From the NCBI RefSeq assembly GCF_009914755.1, contig NC_060947.1: a stretch of 64,000 nt of DNA; one strand, written 5' to 3'. The translations under genes and the position numbers were made by a program. Shown here piece after piece: positions 20,815 to 37,529 of the stretch (the first letter of the stretch is position 1; the number at the start of each line of letters is the position of its first letter). Source of the DNA: the human T2T-CHM13v2.0 reference genome, Homo sapiens. Under the pieces are notes generated by a model. It searched no databases. It was given only the letters and a program-made list of their open reading frames with translations, and was not told the origin of the DNA.

Positions 20815-22370
20815 TTCACTTAATTGAGATGTGATTGTGAAATAAACTTGTATATATTCAAGGTGTACTAGCTGTTGTTTTGATATGTGTATGTGTTGTG
20901 AAATGATTACCACAATCAAGCTTATAACATACTCATCACCTCACACAATTTTTATTTTGTGGTGAGAATACTTAAGATCTACTATCTGAGAAAATTTCGA
21001 GTATACTATAGATTATTATGAACTATAGTCACCATGCTATACTTTAGGTCTGCAGAACTTACTCACCTCATAACTGCAAATTTGTACATTTTGACCAACA
21101 TCCCATTTCCCCCAACCCTGCCACCAACCCCTGGTAACCACCCTTCTCTCTATTTCTATGAGTTCAACTTTTTTAGATTCCACATATAAGTGAGATCACA
21201 CAGTATTTGTCTTTTAGTGCCTGGATTATTTCACATAGAATAATGTGCTTCAGGTTCATCCATGTTGTCAGAAATAACAGACTTTCCTTCTTTCATAGGC
21301 TGAATAATATTCCATTGTGTATACACACCACATTTTCTTTATTCTTTTGCTGATGGACACTTAGGTTGTTTCTTTATTTTGTCTATCGTGAATAATGCTG
21401 CATTTAACATGGCATTGTAGCTGCCTCCTCCAGATAGTGATTTTCTTTCCTTTGGATGTATACTCAGAAGTGAGACTTCTGGATTATATGGTAGTTCTAT
21501 TTTTAATTTTTTCAGGAAACTACATACTGTTTTCCATAATGGTTGCACTCACTTTCATTCTTACCAACAATGTGTAAGGATTCCCTTTTATCCACATCCT
21601 TGCCAACATTTGCTATCTTTTCCCTTTTTGAAAATAGACATCCTAAAGGTGTGAGGTGTTATCTCATTGTGAATTTGACTTGCATCTCCCTGATGCTGAT
21701 GATTAGTGGTGTTGAGCATCTTTACATGTACTTGTTGGTGATTTATAAGTCTTCCTTGGAAAAATGTCCATTTAGGTCTTTTGCCCATTTTTAATTCAGG
21801 TTGTTTTGTTTCATTTTGTTTTGTTTTTTATGCTATTGAATTGTGTGAGTTCCTTATATATTTTGGATATTAACTCCATATTGGATATATGTTTTCCAAA
21901 TTTTTTTCATTCCTTAGGTTGCCTTTTCGTTTTTTTTTATTTTATGCTGCATAGAAACTTATTAATGTGAAGTATTCCCACTTGTTTATTTTTGCTTTTA
22001 TTGTCTATGCTTTAGGTGTCATGTCCATGAAATCATTGCCAAGACCAAAGCAGTTTCCCTCTATGTTTTCTTCTGAGAGTTTTATGGATTCAGGTCTTAT
22101 GTTTAAATCTTTAGTCTATTTTGAGTTGATTTTTCTGTATGGTGTAACATAAGCATCCAAGATTTTTGCATTCACATATCCAGTTTTCCCAACACCATTT
22201 ATTGAAGAGGCTATCCTTTTTCTGTTGTGTATTCTTTGTGCCTTTATTGATGATTAGTTGACCATATATGCCTAGGTTTTTTTTTCTGAGCTGTCTATTC
22301 TGTTCCACTGGTCTATGTGTCTGTTTCTATGCCAGTATCATACTGTTTTGATTACTATAGCTTTGTAATA
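20815..22370 (-). mobile_element. 5'-truncated L1MA-type element
   Basis: Antisense L1 3'UTR and ORF2 C-terminal translations ([32 protein letters not shown]). Confidence 0.75.
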
Positions 22371-25231
22371 ACATGATTTTATATAGAAAATCCTAGAAAA
22401 TTCAGCAAATATATATTAGAACTAATAAATGACTTCAGCAATGTTGCAAGATACAAGGTCAATATACAGAAATCTATTATACTTCTGTACAGTAGCAATG
22501 AGCAAACCAAAACTGAAATTAAGAAATCAATTCTTTTTACAATAGCATCAAAAGAGTTAAATACTTAAAAAATTTAACCCAGTAATTGCGAACTGCTACT
22601 CTGAAAACTACAAATCGTTGTTGAAAGAAAAATGTTCTATACAAAGACAATCCATGTTCATAAGTTGGAAAACAGTATTTTTAAGATGATAATAGTACAC
22701 AAATCGATCTATATATTTCACACAATCCTCATCAGAATTCCAGCTGTCTTCTTTGTAGAAATTGACAGACTGATTTGCCTGTCTCTCTTGCATTACTCTT
22801 AGCTTATTTTCCCAGTAATGATAAGAAAGACTTTGTTCTGACTGGATCAAAGCTGAGGACAGATCTCTCTGTGTACTGAACATGGACCCTTTGTGTCATA
22901 CCAGTAGCTGTTTGCTTTGGTGCATAGGGGGCTATTTCTGAACCCCTTCTGTGATGGGTTAAACAAATAAAATAACAGATATATTTTAACATATAACTTC
23001 TATGAAGAAATAATAGCAATCCATACCTTACAAGAATAAACCCTAAAACAAGGGTTTCTTTGTTTTTCAGCTTTGCCAAATTGTCAAAGTTGCCTTGAAC
23101 TGAATGAAGGGTCTGCATCAAAGTATTAAACATAAATTAGCTTGTTTCTTCCACCAAGGCAGTGGCTCTGTTTTATTCACTTTATAGAGTTTGTAAAACT
23201 ATTTTATTTCTAAGTGGTTTTTAAAAGATGCTCCTTTTTGTTCTCTTAAAATCATTATTTCTGATGCTTGTCTTGATTTTTTAATTGTTCATTTACACCC
23301 TGTGCAAAGCAAAGAAATATCAAATGCTTTGCTCTAGGAGAGGGAGGCAATTCAACTGCAAAATTGTTCATCATACCTTGGGTTTAATGGGGTAAATCTT
23401 AGAAACTACTTTAATATCCTTAATAGGTAAACTCCTAAATAAAATTCCAGTCTTATACAATGATGGTTTCAGGAGAAAACTGAATAGCCATGGATGTTTT
23501 AGATGTTGCAAGATATTGAAAAGCAAATAATGACAAAATATGCCAGTATAATTCTGTAATTGGTTTTAAATGCTTATGGATGGATAGTAGCAGCCTGTAT
23601 AAAAAATAATCTAAAGTGGTTTTGATCTATATTTTAATGCACTAGATCTCCCTCTTTAAAAATGTTTGTAAAATGAAATAATAGAAAAATTGATATGCTT
23701 TTTTAGCTTAACAAAACTTTAAAAATACTTTGATCAATTTAAGAAGGTGGGACATGATACAAGCACTTTTCTACATGTTTATATCCACCACTGTAGTGGA
23801 TATAAACTAGTGGATATAAAGACCAAGAAAAATATTTAACACGTTCGTGTCTATTACTCTGTAATTCCACTAGTAAGGAATAAAAAACAATAAAATATAC
23901 CTACACATTCAGGTAAAAAGTTGTTCATCATAGAATTGATCTTATGAGGGAAAAAAATCAGAATCTTTTTAAACATAGCCCCAAAGGATGCTTGGTTGCA
24001 GAAATCATAGCTTATCCTGATGACAGAATATATGTAACAACAGAATTGCAGGACAATATTTAATGATTTACAGAGATGACCCCAGATAATTGTAATAGTG
24101 AAATACCCTCCAATGAAACAATGCATATTGTGTTATAAATACAAAGGTAGGTAGATACCTATTATTGAAAATTTATTTTGTCAAGTAGTAGTATTAGGAG
24201 GGGTATTAGGATTTCAACTTTCTTTTCTTACATTAGCAATTTTTAAAAAATATTTTCTATTATAATTTTGTACAATTTGTATAAAAATAAATGTATAACA
24301 TAAATAAAAACAAAAAAGCTCCTGTGTCCCTGAGAAAATACTGGTGAATTGTAGAAACAAATGTAATAGCAAGTGCAGAAAATCGTCCAGGTATCTGGGT
24401 CCTGTAACAACACTGATGCAACTTATGAAGATGAACTTGTACTATATTTACAGGTGGCCATTGAATAACACATTCTTCCTCCCCTCCAAAAAAACATTCA
24501 AACTGCCATGTACTTTGACACATGAATTCTACTTTTAGCAATGACTCATCAGGAAATAATCTTGAAAGTCAGCATGTTTTGTGCACTAGGAACTTCATGG
24601 CAGCTTTAGATTACATAAAGGAAAAGCAGAAACAATCTAGATGTTCAATGAGGAAAGAGTTAAAATAAAACATGCATAAGACACACGAACACACAGAGAT
24701 ATAGACATAGATACATATGTACACACATATATCTAACCTTCTACCTAGTCGTGAATTCAATAGAATATTAAGAGCCAGAGAAAATATTTTAAAAGTATCT
24801 TTAATGACATGAAATGAAGTTCAAGAATATGTGTGTGTATAAATATACACACACATGTATGTGTGAAAAGCAGATATAAAAACAGTCTGTACATCATAAT
24901 ATACATATATGATATATGCATAAGAAAAAAACTAGACCTACAGACAAAAATGTTTCAGGTAGTTCTAGAAAATATCAGAGAGGTGTGCATGAAAATGTTT
25001 CTGGAATGTGTGTGTAATCATCAGAAATGATTACTGGTGACTTTAATTTTCTTCTGGTAACTTGTCTGCTTTGTGATTTTTTTTTCCTGCAATGACGCTG
25101 AATTACTTTTCTGACAACAGGGAAAAGGACAGGAAGAGGGCACAGGGGAATGGGGTCATAAGCAGTGTTTGTTTCCAGCAAAACTACCGAGGACAGCGAA
25201 ACACCCTTTGCAGCCCGCCAAGCTGGCCAAG

Positions 25232-25263
<32 letters not shown>

Positions 25264-25272
25264 GCACACACA
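25232..25272. repeat. (CA)n microsatellite
   Basis: Direct read: about 14 pure CA units, then CACG interruptions. Confidence 0.95.
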
Positions 25273-26069
25273 CGATCAATTACAGTGACCAGGAGACTAT
25301 GCAGGGGAAACGGGCATACTCTTTACTAGCTGCGCTGGCCGGCACGAGTGCAAATCGGTACAATGCTTATGAAGGGGGCCTTTTGGCAACACACAGGAAA
25401 AGTCTTTAAAATGTCTATATGTGGATCTTGCAAGTCCGCAGTTAAGGAGACCACCGGGATGCTAGCAAAGATTTGGCTTGACAAGGAAGGATTCACTCAT
25501 CAAAGCACAGAGCACGCAATGTTGGTCTTAAACACAGGGAAAGAACTAGGCACCACCTGAATGTCCGACAATGCGGGAATGATTACAGAAATGTTAAGGT
25601 CCACGGATACACTGGAGCACTCTGCAGGCACTGAAGATGACGTTTCATAAGCCTGTTGATAACATGGAAAGAAGTTCAATGGGTTGATTTTTGTTTGGTT
25701 TTAGTTGCTGAAAAAGCAGGTTAAGAAACACCACATACATGAACCATTCTATAACGGTGTGTTAAAAGGGAAGGCGGGGTGGGGGTGAGCAAAGGAGAGA
25801 GAGGGAGAGAAGAGAGCCTGGAAAAGCAGCACACCAAAAAGGTAAAAGTGGTTCTCTCTGGGGAGTAGGACCAGGGGAGCAATTACTCTCTTGTTTCTTC
25901 CCTCATCTGATATCCTTCTCCTTTCTGATGATTCTACCATGAAATTGTACCACCTGTGCAGTAAACAAAGAGAGAATGAAAATGCTTTTTAAACCAAACC
26001 ACAGGGAGAAGAGGCAGCCTTTAACCTACAAATGGCACAGATTAGTAAGATTATTCACAACGCCCTTGG

Positions 26070-26165
26070 TGGGGGTGGGCGGGGGAGAGGAAGGGAAGGA
26101 GAGGAGAGGTGGAGGGAGAAAATAGGAAGCGGGGAGAGAGAAGGGGAGAGAGAGAGAGAGAGAGA
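26070..26165. repeat. Polypurine/GA-rich low-complexity tract (CU-rich in the PABPC1L2 3'UTR)
   Basis: GGGGAGAGGAAGGGAAGG...(GA)n directly downstream of the stop codon on the - strand. Confidence 0.85.
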
Positions 26166-26290
26166 CCTGCACTCTCAATACAATAAATACACTGCTGGTG
26201 GGTTGGCGGGGGAGGGCTGGGGGTGGGGGGTTGTAAACCGGGTGTGAGCCAAGGTTTGGCTCTGCTGGCTGGCTAGCTCCTGGGATGTCT

Positions 26291-27890
<1,600 letters not shown>

Positions 27891-30264
27891 AAAGGACGCC
27901 AGGGAAAGGGCTCCGCTGTAGACCGAAGGGATAAGGGTTCGATTCAGAAGGGAGCGTTATTTTTATCCCCTCTCCACATAATGGAACGTTTAAATGGTTA
28001 AATCAAGTACCTTGCAGGAGAGGGTGGGGTGGCCTTGAGAATACACTCAAGGCCTCAGTACATGCAGTCTGGAAGTGGGGGAATCAAGAGCACCCTGTCT
28101 CTAGTACTGTCCTCAATGATAAGGTGAGGAAAGCCAAACCCAGGACTGGGAACAGGGCCTGGTCCAGAGCCAGGCGCTTGTTTATTCTTGACTCTGCTCT
28201 CAAGGCGCTGAGGTTCCCAACCTGGACCAAGAAGTACATATTCAGGTTCAAAGGATAAACCAAAACAAAACCTGAGCTCTCTCTCTAGAATGAAGTGCCT
28301 GGTCCCAGTTCACCATCTAATATTTATGGAAAGCTTATCAGGTACTTGGTGCTGGGGGCTAAGGGGCCCGCAATGTGGTAAGTGAGCAGGGACTGTTGAT
28401 GTGTTGGAGGTGTGGAGCAGGGTGAGAAGAGGTGAGCAGTGTGTGTGTAGTGAGAGCAGAGAGGCCACACAGAGCCAAATGCTGGGGGTATAGACAAGGG
28501 AGCAACCATGAGAGTTGAGTGTAACAGAAGCTACAGTCCCACTTCCTCCAGAGAGGAGGACCAGCCACTAACTCTTCTTAGTAGCAATTAGGTGAGGCTG
28601 CACCAAAGACAGAACCACCGAGGTGGGCTCTGAAACATGAGGAGCAGTCCACCATGTCAAGGCAGGAAGGAAGGCACTCCAGGCAGAGGGATCAGTCTGT
28701 GCCCAAGGCCCTTTGTCATGAGAGCACATGCTTGGTCGCTTGCTGGCCATGCCTAATAATCTGGCAGGGACAGAGCTCATGGTCTCCAAGAGCACATGGT
28801 AGCAGACAGGGCTGGAAGGTGTGGGGCCCTGAGAATCAAGCTAAGGTGCTTCGACTGTATACCCAAGGTCACGGGGACCACTCAGCATGTTCAAGGAGGG
28901 AAGCAGTATGATGAGAACTTTAGAATGAGTACAAATTAAACATCAATGTGCATGTATAAGTGCACATTTACATGTACACGCACGTACAAAACCAAGACAG
29001 GGCTGACAGAACACAAGGAAGAAAGTCAGATGTGACCAATTCAAAAAGAGTCTGAACAATCCTTCCCTCTATTCCTTTTCATTCCATAAATAGGGGTCTC
29101 ACGTTTACCGTGAGCCAGTGGGGCCAGATGTTTAAAAAGAGAAAACCATAGTGCCTTCCCTCAGGATGCCTTCACTCTGCTAAAGCTCAGTCTGCCCCCA
29201 CAGAGAACAGAAGTGTCAGCAGAGGACTGTAAGTGCTATGTGATTGGACGACGGTGGCCATAGAATTTCACCTGCCCAGCACGTATTCTCTCATCCTCTC
29301 CTCCTCTGCCTTCTTTGGGTAAGTAAAGCTGTTTTCTGTGGTTGCAGTGATGGCTGGATCTTGGCAGTCATACATGATAGAACAACCGTGAACCTGAGGA
29401 AGTGACTGAGTCACTGTGGGGTGCGAGGCAGTGAGAACTCTTCGTCGCTGGCTGGAAAGCATCCCAAGGTGGCTGAGAAGCAGATACACAGACATGTACC
29501 TCTCCAGCTTGCAAAGTCCAGCTCTCTGCCTCTAGGCAGGGCTAGTGCCGGCAAAGGCAAGGGACAGAGACCTAGGAAAAGCCTGCTGTACAGCGCATGC
29601 CTGACCAAGGTGATCACTGTCACCGCTGTTAAGAGCCATCTCCTGGGGGTCTAGGTTGCTTGCAGGCAGGGAGAAGATGAAGCTGTGCCTCACCATTTCC
29701 AGGTTGGTGTCCAAGAGGGACCTGAGAAGGCAGAGGCCAAGGGGGAAGCCATGCTCGCAGAGGGGTAGGGGATGTGGCGAGGATGAGAAGAGCTCCTCGG
29801 CCCATTGTTAGGAAACAGAAATGACAAGGAAGACCAAGTCGAGGACCAGGACTCAGCAAGATCTCTGTCTCTGGCGTTGCCTTCCAGTACACAGGGCCAA
29901 CAGAAATCAGTGAAACAGCAGGAGAAGGAAGTTCAGGGAAGTCATGCTATGGCTAGCAAATCCCCAAACCTGAAAACAATTCCTAGGATCCTGAACCTCT
30001 AGCAACAGGAGCAGGGCTACCAAAGTGACAAGGACACAGCAGGGACTGCTCCCCAAGTCCTTTCTCAGGGGCTTCCATGGAGTCGAGTTTCCATCTCCTT
30101 TTTATTCTTTATTTTTAAAGTTACGTTGTGGTCAGTTTCTGCCACCTGCAAATGGAATGTGTTCTGACCACTACACACTGTGACAGGGGCAAAAATAAAG
30201 AGCCCTGTGGAGCCTCAATGGAGGGAGGGGAAGTTTCCTTTCCCGTGGGAGGAAGTGCTGTTGA

Positions 30265-31345
30265 TTTTATTTATTCAGTGATTCAATGAATATTCCTGGA
30301 AGGTCTTCTATGTACCAAGTATTCTGCCGGCCAGACCGTCCCTGAACTCAGGGAGCTTATTTTCTAGTGGGGAGACAGACAATAGACAGATCAGGGAATA
30401 TGAAAACAGTTAAAGGTTGCTATGAATGCTCTCGGGGACATAAACAAGATGATTTGGTACATATTGCCTAGAACCCCAGAAAAGTGGCAAAACGGGAGAC
30501 ATGAAGCTCAGGGAAGGCCTTTCTGAGGACAATGATAAGCCACCAGTCTTTCAAGGAACCAGGGGGGAGACCTGCCCAGCAGAGGGAAGGGCAATTCCCC
30601 TGGCCCTGTGGCAGAAAAGAGAGGGTGCTGGGGGTGGGGGTGGGGGCAGAAAGGATGCCAATGTTGCATGGAGCCCAGTGTGAGAGGGGATAGAGGAAGG
30701 AAAGGGAGGAAGGCGCAGTGGTGGGTGGTGCCATGATGAAGAGTCTGGTTCTTCTTCAGAGAGCTCAGGAGAGCCAGAGAAAGGATTGAAGCAGGTAGTA
30801 GCATAATCTAATGCCCATTCAGTGGTTTCTCTCTAGCTGCTCTGTGTGGGCAATATCACAAGTGGGCAGGGCACAAAGGAAAGCAGGGAGACCAGTTAGG
30901 AGGCTCTTGCAGTAGTCCAGTCCAGAGACAGCAGGGGCTTGGCCCAGACTGGAAGCATCAATGTGGAGACTAGTGTGTGGATTCACATGATATTTTGGAA
31001 GTGGAAGAGACAGCGCTTGTGAGTGGATTAGAGGCAATCTCAGAGGTCTATGTACGGTCATAGGAAAGACAGAGAGTGGGTGGGCATGGTAGATTTGGAG
31101 AAGGGAGAAAGACAGATGGGGGTGTGTGTCAAGAGCTCCTATTTGCACAGGTTTAGTTACTGAGGTCTGCTTGTCATCCATAGAGGCTGGAGAAACAGAA
31201 TTGTTGAGACAACAGGACACAGTTAGGGTCTAAAGCCACAAAACTGAGTAGGATCACCTAGAGAGAGTATAGCCAGGAGAAGAAGGTGCAGGGCTACTCC
31301 CTGAGATACTCTGACACTTAGAAGTTGGGTGGGGAGCACAAGCCA
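30265..31345 (-). mobile_element. Degenerate L2 fragments
   Basis: ATTTATTCA..TTCAATGAATATT L2 3'-end motif, plus AGCAGGGAGACCAGTTAGGAGGCT...GCAGTAGTCCAG typical of L2. Confidence 0.65.
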
Positions 31346-34300
31346 GCAAAATAGATTCAGAAGGACTGGACAGTGAACAGGACTCCTCTCTAAGGCCTTG
31401 CATGTCCGAACATGTCCAAACTTCTCGCCAAGGCTTTTCATCACCAGCCTCAATATCCTCACTCAGACTCTGCTCTCAATGCTCCTAGCTGTACGTGCAT
31501 GGGAGTTGGTTTAAAATGGGACAACAACGACTTTGTGTGCTTGGCTTTGGACTTCACTCTCTGATCATTTCTCAGTGGAGCTTTCAAAAGAGAGAGAGGT
31601 TCGGATGCAGAGAACTTCGAAGAGTGGGGTAGGCACTGCTCTGCTATTTCATGTGGCCCATCTCCTTTTTCCTTTCAGGAGGGAGAAATCAGAAGGAGTG
31701 GGGATGCAGTTCAGAGAGCAGAGGAGAAGAGAAGAAAAGAAGGAAGAAGGAAGAGGACTAGGGTTGGGTGGGGGGGGAGGACACCAATGGGAAGAGGGAC
31801 AGATCAACTCTATACACAAAAGTAAATCAAAACACCAAAAACAGGGGTCTATGTAAAGAAGCCTCTTCCCGTGAATTGCTCGTTGCATAGCTGCAGGGAG
31901 GGTGTTTAGGGGCATAGAGAATGAAAACATACCTGTATTTTGGTGTAGGGAAATTGTTTCTGTCAATTCACACCGTCCACACACCACCTCCCACCCCAAC
32001 CCCGCCACTACCAAATTCCTCTAAATAAAAATAATTATGAGATACAGGCCAACAAAAACGTCAGCGTTAGGCTGTTATTTAGAGAGAATTGGAAAGCGTT
32101 TGAATGTGGCCCTGTTGTTTAATAAACGATAACAATGATTACTAAGTTGTCCTGAGTCAATACAACAAATTTAGCAAATGGTCCTTTGGGTCCTTATAAA
32201 GTGAAGAGTTGACGGAGACAGATTTGTATATGGGGCAGGGATGGAATGGTAGTCAGTCCTGGAGAAATAAGAACCCCAGGAGGTGATGAAATATGTACAA
32301 GTATGTTTATCACAGAAACACTCATATTGGGCAAATCAGGGCACAAAGCAAGTATGCATCAGGTGAGGAGTGACTGATACATTGGCAGTGCAGCCATTCT
32401 GAGGATTATTATGCAACCATTAACAAGTATGAGTTATCTCTATATAAGCTGATTTAAGGGGATTTCCAGAATGTGCTATTACCAGGCGAGAAAAGCAGGT
32501 TTGTTGTCATTTTGGTGCAAACAAAAGGAGATGGGCCTTGGAGTCAGATTGACTAGTAGGCTGAATTTCAGAGCAAAACACTTAACCATTCTTGAGCCTC
32601 AGTGTGTGCTCAGAGTTTGAATTTCAGAAACCCTAATTAAGCATCTTACAAATTTCATTTGTGGCAAGCAGTTTTGCCCCAGCTCTGCTTAGAAACCGAG
32701 CCAAAGGGCTGTATTGACTGATGGTTTTTGCATAGCATTCCAGATATTTTTCTCTCTGAGAACCAATTCACCTTCTAACACACGCTTGAAGCCTTAACTC
32801 ATGCCCTTCTTTGTTATAATTTTAGGCAGTTCACAAAACTGATTTTATAACAATATACCTACAGATACACCCCAGGCCATGACTTAAGAGTTGTGCTTAC
32901 TTTGGTCAAGGTACTTTACCCCCCTTTTTTCCATCTTAGCTTTGGAGTCCCCATCTGTACAAAGGGATATTTATAAGGATAACAAGTGATAATGTATGGT
33001 AAATGTTTTTCACAGTGCCTGGCATGCATTCAATGCCCAATACAAGAGACTCCTTATTAATCTTATTGCCCTCTGTCCTGGGGTTGTGCTTGTTCAGCTG
33101 GTTTTTGAAGGTCCAGTGTCTTGTCTTTCTGGTGCTCCAGGCAGCCTGGAATTTTCTCTCTAACCAGGAGCAAAGTGTCAGTACAGAGGGAGTCTGATCC
33201 TCTGGGTTCTCTGGCCTGAACTCGCTTAGCTCACACTCTCATTGAGCTTCTCTGTACTAGTCCCAACCATAGGACCTTTTAATGATCCAGTTATTTATTT
33301 TCTGGAGGCTCAGGGTCTCGCACATTAATTAACACATGAAAGCATGGCATTTTCTGTACTCAAGGAAACCACCCAGAAGATTTAATAACACTATCTCAAC
33401 AAAATGGGGTATTGAGACAGGAGAGAATTTTCTGTCAACTGCTATTCATCCTTTTGAGCAACATCTTGGGGGCCATTTGAGAGGTAATTTACTGTAAGGT
33501 AATACACTCCTTCAGCTTCTTTGCTGCAGGCTACTGAACACACTTTGATGTCTCCATGATGTCTCTGGAACAATATTACCAATATTCACCATTGTGATGT
33601 GATGCATGCATGGATTACTGAAGCGTGAGTTGGCTGATCTCCAGTATCATGAGCTGCTGATCAATTTTAGGTTTTCGCTTTGTTTAATAGATGTAAAACG
33701 AAATCTCCTTCAATGTGGTAAAATCTTGCTAATGTCAAGGTGATTAACCTTGGGACTTCCTCCCATACAGATCATCTTTTTAAAACTGTCTCCAAATAAT
33801 AGTTCTTAATTAAAAATATATATGTATGCACATGGTAAATATAATAGTGATGATCAGAAAGTACAAAGGAGCTTATGATAAAAAACAAAGATTCAAGGTC
33901 CCATCACTTCCTACTCCCCAACTGTGCTTCCCAGAGTAGACCACTTTAACAATTTCTGTTTGCAGTGTTCTGACCATTACCTCCTTATATCTAAAGAAAA
34001 TGCCTAATCTGCTAATTCAATAATTCATCAACTTCAGACATCATCAAGTGACCATCCTCTACCAGAGAGGAGGATTTAACTCACTCACACTATCTTCAAT
34101 CTGCCCTGTCTTTCCTTCTGGCAATTTTTATACCTTTTGATCTTTAGTTCTTCTATTGGTGACTCCAGTGACTTTAAGTGGACTTTAAGTGATATGCTTA
34201 ACTCTCAGTCTCTAGCGTACACCTTCGTCAGTTTCCCATAAAATAAGGATGTTAGCACCCCTCCCCTTCCCTTAGCCTCTCCTCCCTCTTTCTATATCCT

Positions 34301-34449
34301 CTTTTCCAAACAGACTGCTGCTCATTGACATCCACTTCTGAAAACTTAGTTGAATTATTTGGGCTTTGAAAAGCAACACAAGCCTTTTACCCTTTAATGA
34401 ATCTCTAATAATGTTGTCCACAAGGGTCACATTTCTTCACACTTTAAGG

Positions 34450-34469
34450 TGGGCCACTAGAGGGCGGTC
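34450..34469 (+). promoter_or_regulatory. Putative CTCF binding site
   Basis: TGGGCCACTAGAGGGCGGTC closely matches the CTCF core CCAC(C/T)AG(A/G)(G/T)GGC(A/G). Confidence 0.65.
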
Positions 34470-34754
34470 AATCCTGATGTAAATTAAATTAAAAAAATTA
34501 ATTAATGTAGACAGGAGGACTAAGTGCAGGAGATGTTTTGTATGACACAGAAACTATATTTAGTAACAATTTATTGTATACTTAAACATTGGTGAAAGTA
34601 GATTTTAAATATTTTCATCACAAAATATATGTGAGATAATGAATGTTTTAATTTGATTTACTTTCCCAAATCTATACATATAACAAAATATCATATTGTG
34701 TATTACGTATTTATATAGTCAATTGTAACATCAGTTACTTTACTTTTTAAAATA

Positions 34755-35990
<1,236 letters not shown>

Positions 35991-35999
35991 TGTTTCTTT

Positions 36000-36365
36000 T
36001 ATTTTATGTGTGTTGTTGAGTTGCCTCCCCTGTCTTACCTGACCAAGACGCCTGAACCTATCTTCTTTCTGGGTCTGGGCTCTCCTAGAGAGGATATATC
36101 TTGGTAGGAATAAATGACACAGATCAGACAAGAGCCACATGATGTCTACCAGTGAAAACAAGTTTTCTGTGAGAGGGACATCTGGTCATGGTTCAGACAC
36201 TTAGGAATTAGGCCATTCACCAGGATAAAAGAAGCATCCTGTAAAAGATATACTGTAAACATTCATGACCAAATACCTTGAAGCCCTGACTGGAAGGGCT
36301 GGAGTTTTTAGCCATCCTCCTAAGGGAGATCTCAAGACCAAATTAAAAAGAGGAAAATAGAATGT
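36000..36365. mobile_element. Probable old ERV LTR fragment (family not determined)
   Basis: More GC-rich insert between L1M pieces; GAGAGGGACATCTGGTCA...CAGGATAAAAGAAGCATCCTG resembles ERVL-class LTRs from memory. Confidence 0.4.
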
Positions 36366-36399
36366 CAAAGCTAGTTAAAGAACTCCACCAGAGAAAAAA

Positions 36400-37420
36400 G
36401 TAGACTACTACTACCTTATTACTATTGATTTTAAAATTCTCAACAAAATACTAGCAATCCAAATGCAACAATACATTAAAATAATTATACACCACGAACA
36501 AGTGGGATTTATCTAAGGAATGCCAGGATGGTTCAACATATGAAAATCAATCAATGTAGTACACTTTTTAATAGAATGAAGAAAAAATGGCACAACCTCA
36601 TCTCAATACATGCAGAAAATGCATTTGACTTGACAAAAGCTAACCCTCTCCCACAATTAAAAAAACCACTCAGCTAAGTAGGAATAGCAGAAAAATTTCT
36701 GATCATGGTAAAGGGCATTTATGAAAAACCCTCAGCTAACATTATACTCAATAATGAAAACCTGGAAGCTGTTTCCTAACATCAGAAACAAGCATGCTCG
36801 CTGTCATCACTTCTATTCAACATTGTACTGGACGCTCCAGCCAGAGCAATTGGCCAAGAAAAAAAAAGGCACCCAACCTGAAACAGAAGAAGTAAAATTA
36901 TGTCTCTTTGCTGATGACAGTATCCTACCTATAGAATATTCTACAAAATCCATGAAAAAATATTACAGCTAATTAAAAAATTCAGCAAATCACAAGACCA
37001 ACATACAAAAATAAATTTGTATTTCTATATACTAGTAGTAAACAGTATCAAGATAAAATTAAGAAACAATTTCATTTACAATAGAATCAAGTGATAAAAT
37101 ACTTAACAATAAAGTTAACCAAGAATGTAGAAGTCTTGTACTCTGAAAACTAAAACATTGCTGAAAGAAATTTTAAAAAGTGTAAATGAATAGAAAACTT
37201 CCTATAGTTATGGATTGGAAGACTTACTGTTAAGATTTGGTAATACTCCAAAATTACAAATTCAATACAATCTCTATCAAAATACTGACTTTTTCAAAAA
37301 TGAAAAAACTGATCCTAATATTCATATGGTTGCACAGCATTGTAAGTGAGCTAAGTGCCGCTGAATTGTCCACTTTAAAATGGTTAATTATGTTATGTGA
37401 ATTTACCTAAATAAAGCAAA
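36400..37420 (+). mobile_element. Old L1M ORF2 (RT region) fragment plus short 3' end
   Basis: EEVKLCLFADD RT motif in ORF 36721-36972. Confidence 0.75.
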
Positions 37421-37529
37421 AGCAGACATAGAAAAAAAGCTACATTATGAACTCAATAAAAAAGATGAAAAATGACAGCAGACTTTTTTTTATCAGATAC
37501 CATACAATCAACAATATGAAGACATGATA

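Noticed and set aside
32019-32083. Inverted pair CTCTAAATAA...TTATTTAGAG, possible MEF2 sites
   Set aside because: Only 10 bp and AT-rich; neither arm fits the YTAWWWWTAR consensus.
28324-33197. Numerous 60-130-aa ORFs upstream of the gene
   Set aside because: No recognisable homology; they overlap L2/MIR remnants and are within chance expectation.
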